Assembly (NCBI GenBank): GCA_019057795.1
Contig: JAHLWS010000078.1
Location: forward strand, 32,001 to 96,000
Reading direction: 5' to 3'
Length of the DNA stretch: 64,000 bases
From: Promethearchaeota archaeon
Lineage (GTDB): Archaea > Asgardarchaeota > Lokiarchaeia > Sigyniarchaeales > SOKP01
Made by a program: the position numbers and the translations under genes. This document shows, piece after piece, positions 62,716 through 64,000 of the stretch. The stretch's first letter is position 1, and the number at the start of each line of letters is the position of its first letter. A model generated the notes under the pieces. The model saw nothing but the letters and a program-made list of their open reading frames with translations, was not told the DNA's origin and did not search any database.

Positions 62716-63348
62716 ATGAATAATGAAAAGAATGATCCAAAAATTAAAGAAATTTGGGAAATGTTATCTGGCTTTAATATATCAGAAATTCTTGGATTTA
62801 GAGTAGAGAATAATAAAGTAAACTATCGATATGCTCCAACGAGAACAGAGGCATTTACAATGCCATTTATTAAATTCAATTTTAATATAAATAAAGTAAT
62901 GAATACTTTGAATTTAGCAATCCTCTCTAAAAATGACGATTTTCACTACCATTCTCTAATGGACAATTCCCAAATATTATTGATAACTGCTTTTGAGGCA
63001 TATCTTGCTGAATTGATAAACTTTTTAAGAGAATCTGAAGGCTTGGAATTATTAGATCCAATAGAGTTAGAATTTCAAAAAAAACCCCGAATTAAAGCTG
63101 AATTTAAAGAATTAAATATTGACATTGCTCATATTAATGATGAGTTATGGAGGAGAATTTTTGCATCATTAGAAGAAGGAGGTTTGATAAAAGTAAGAAA
63201 TTCTATTGTTCATGATGGTTGGAATAATCTATGTGAGAAATTTAAATTGTTGGACTTTAAATATTTGAACTTCGCAGTCTTAACAATAGTCGAATTAATA
63301 TACAAATTGGATAGACACATTAATCGAATTTACGGAATTGTTTCTTAG
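62716..63348 (+). CDS. HEPN domain protein
   Basis: LITAFEAYL and VRNSIVHDG. Confidence 0.7.
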   Translation: MNNEKNDPKIKEIWEMLSGFNISEILGFRVENNKVNYRYAPTRTEAFTMPFIKFNFNINKVMNTLNLAILSKNDDFHYHSLMDNSQILLITAFEAYLAELINFLRESEGLELLDPIELEFQKKPRIKAEFKELNIDIAHINDELWRRIFASLEEGGLIKVRNSIVHDGWNNLCEKFKLLDFKYLNFAVLTIVELIYKLDRHINRIYGIVS

Positions 63349-63437
63349 AAATCTTTAAAGTATTCTCAATCTCGTGTCAAACTCTCTTTTAAAACGAAAT
63401 GGAAAATAAAAATGAACATCCTGAAGACTTTTGAAAT

Positions 63438-63497
63438 CACTTTTCTAATCGCTTTCAAAGGAAGGCTGAATCGAGTCTGCGAAAATATTTAGAAATT
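63438..63497 (+). pseudogene. 3' fragment of the recurrent small ORF
   Basis: cacttttctaatcgctttcaaaggaaggctgaatcgagtctgcgaaaatatttag, near-identical to the end of 38015-38224. Confidence 0.85.
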
Positions 63498-63707
63498 ACC
63501 TTACTTCTTGATTGAAAACAAAAATGATTTCTAAAATTCTTCAAAAACTATTGATTATAGTAAAAAAAATGAAAATAGATAAGGAAATAAGATTAATCCC
63601 TTAAGCCCCCTATGATTTAAGTTATCCCATAAAATGTCTATGATCATTTTTATAATATTAAGCATTTTACATCTTAATAAAGACAAAAATATATGAACTT
63701 GTTTAAA

Positions 63708-64000
63708 ATGAAAACACATAATTATCTTTTTAGAATATCATGCTTGGAATTATATTATCCCGTAATCATTGATGAAGAAATTTGCATAATTCCTAATTCT
63801 GATAACATGAGAGATGAAATTGAACCCAATCTAATTTTTATTGATTTTAATCCAGACTCATTTTCGTATTTATTAATACAGAGTGAAATTCCAATAAACA
63901 GAGAAGAATTAGAGAATCGTGCAAAAAAAGCAATCTCGATGTTGATAATCCTTATTTTAAATCCTTTATATATAGAAGAGTTTTATCATTTTAAGCATGA
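63708..64000 (+). CDS. Partial ORF, probable paralog of 30078-31475
   Basis: Manual translation MKTHNYLFRISCLELYYPVIIDEEICIIP versus MKKHIYIFRINYLEVRSPIKLSETISILP. Confidence 0.7.
   Translation, partial: MKTHNYLFRISCLELYYPVIIDEEICIIPNSDNMRDEIEPNLIFIDFNPDSFSYLLIQSEIPINREELENRAKKAISMLIILILNPLYIEEFYHFKH

Larger units (their letters stand above)
26880..64000. mobile_element. Repeat-punctuated defence/toxin gene island (cassette-like array); right boundary not in window
   Basis: Unrelated nuclease/HEPN-type genes in both orientations, separated by co-oriented repeated non-coding modules; no integrase seen. Confidence 0.7.

Overview
AT-rich archaeal DNA; gene content (TFB, Gar1, archaeosine ArcS/RaSEA, archaeal DnaG, S19e-L39e-L31e-eIF6-LX-prefoldin-FtsY-SecE cluster, LRR and TPR/wHTH proteins) suggests an Asgard, probably Lokiarchaeia-like, genome (inference). 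Bases 1-19061 are housekeeping genes ending in tRNA-Gly(TCC). Bases ~19100-28100 are accessory (SplB-like radical SAM, AlkD, LRR, GNAT, creatininase). From ~26.9 kb to the end lies a defence-type island of about 30 mostly unrelated genes: at least 12 with an R-x4-H HEPN-type motif, plus Pycsar, PIN, PLD-like, PD-(D/E)XK, FRG and DUF2441 genes. The main signal is non-coding. About 15 co-oriented copies of a ~38-bp C-rich motif (consensus ATCTCCCTCCCCCGTGGTGCCCCCTCCTAAAAAAGTAGG) sit between the cargo genes. Further co-oriented recurrent modules accompany them: a ~65-bp upstream extension, a 29-bp module, a 146-bp leader, and a small ORF with its 3' scar. This resembles an integron-like, but non-attC and non-CRISPR, gene-accretion platform. 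No recombinase is visible in the window. All family assignments come from motifs recognised by eye, not from database searches.
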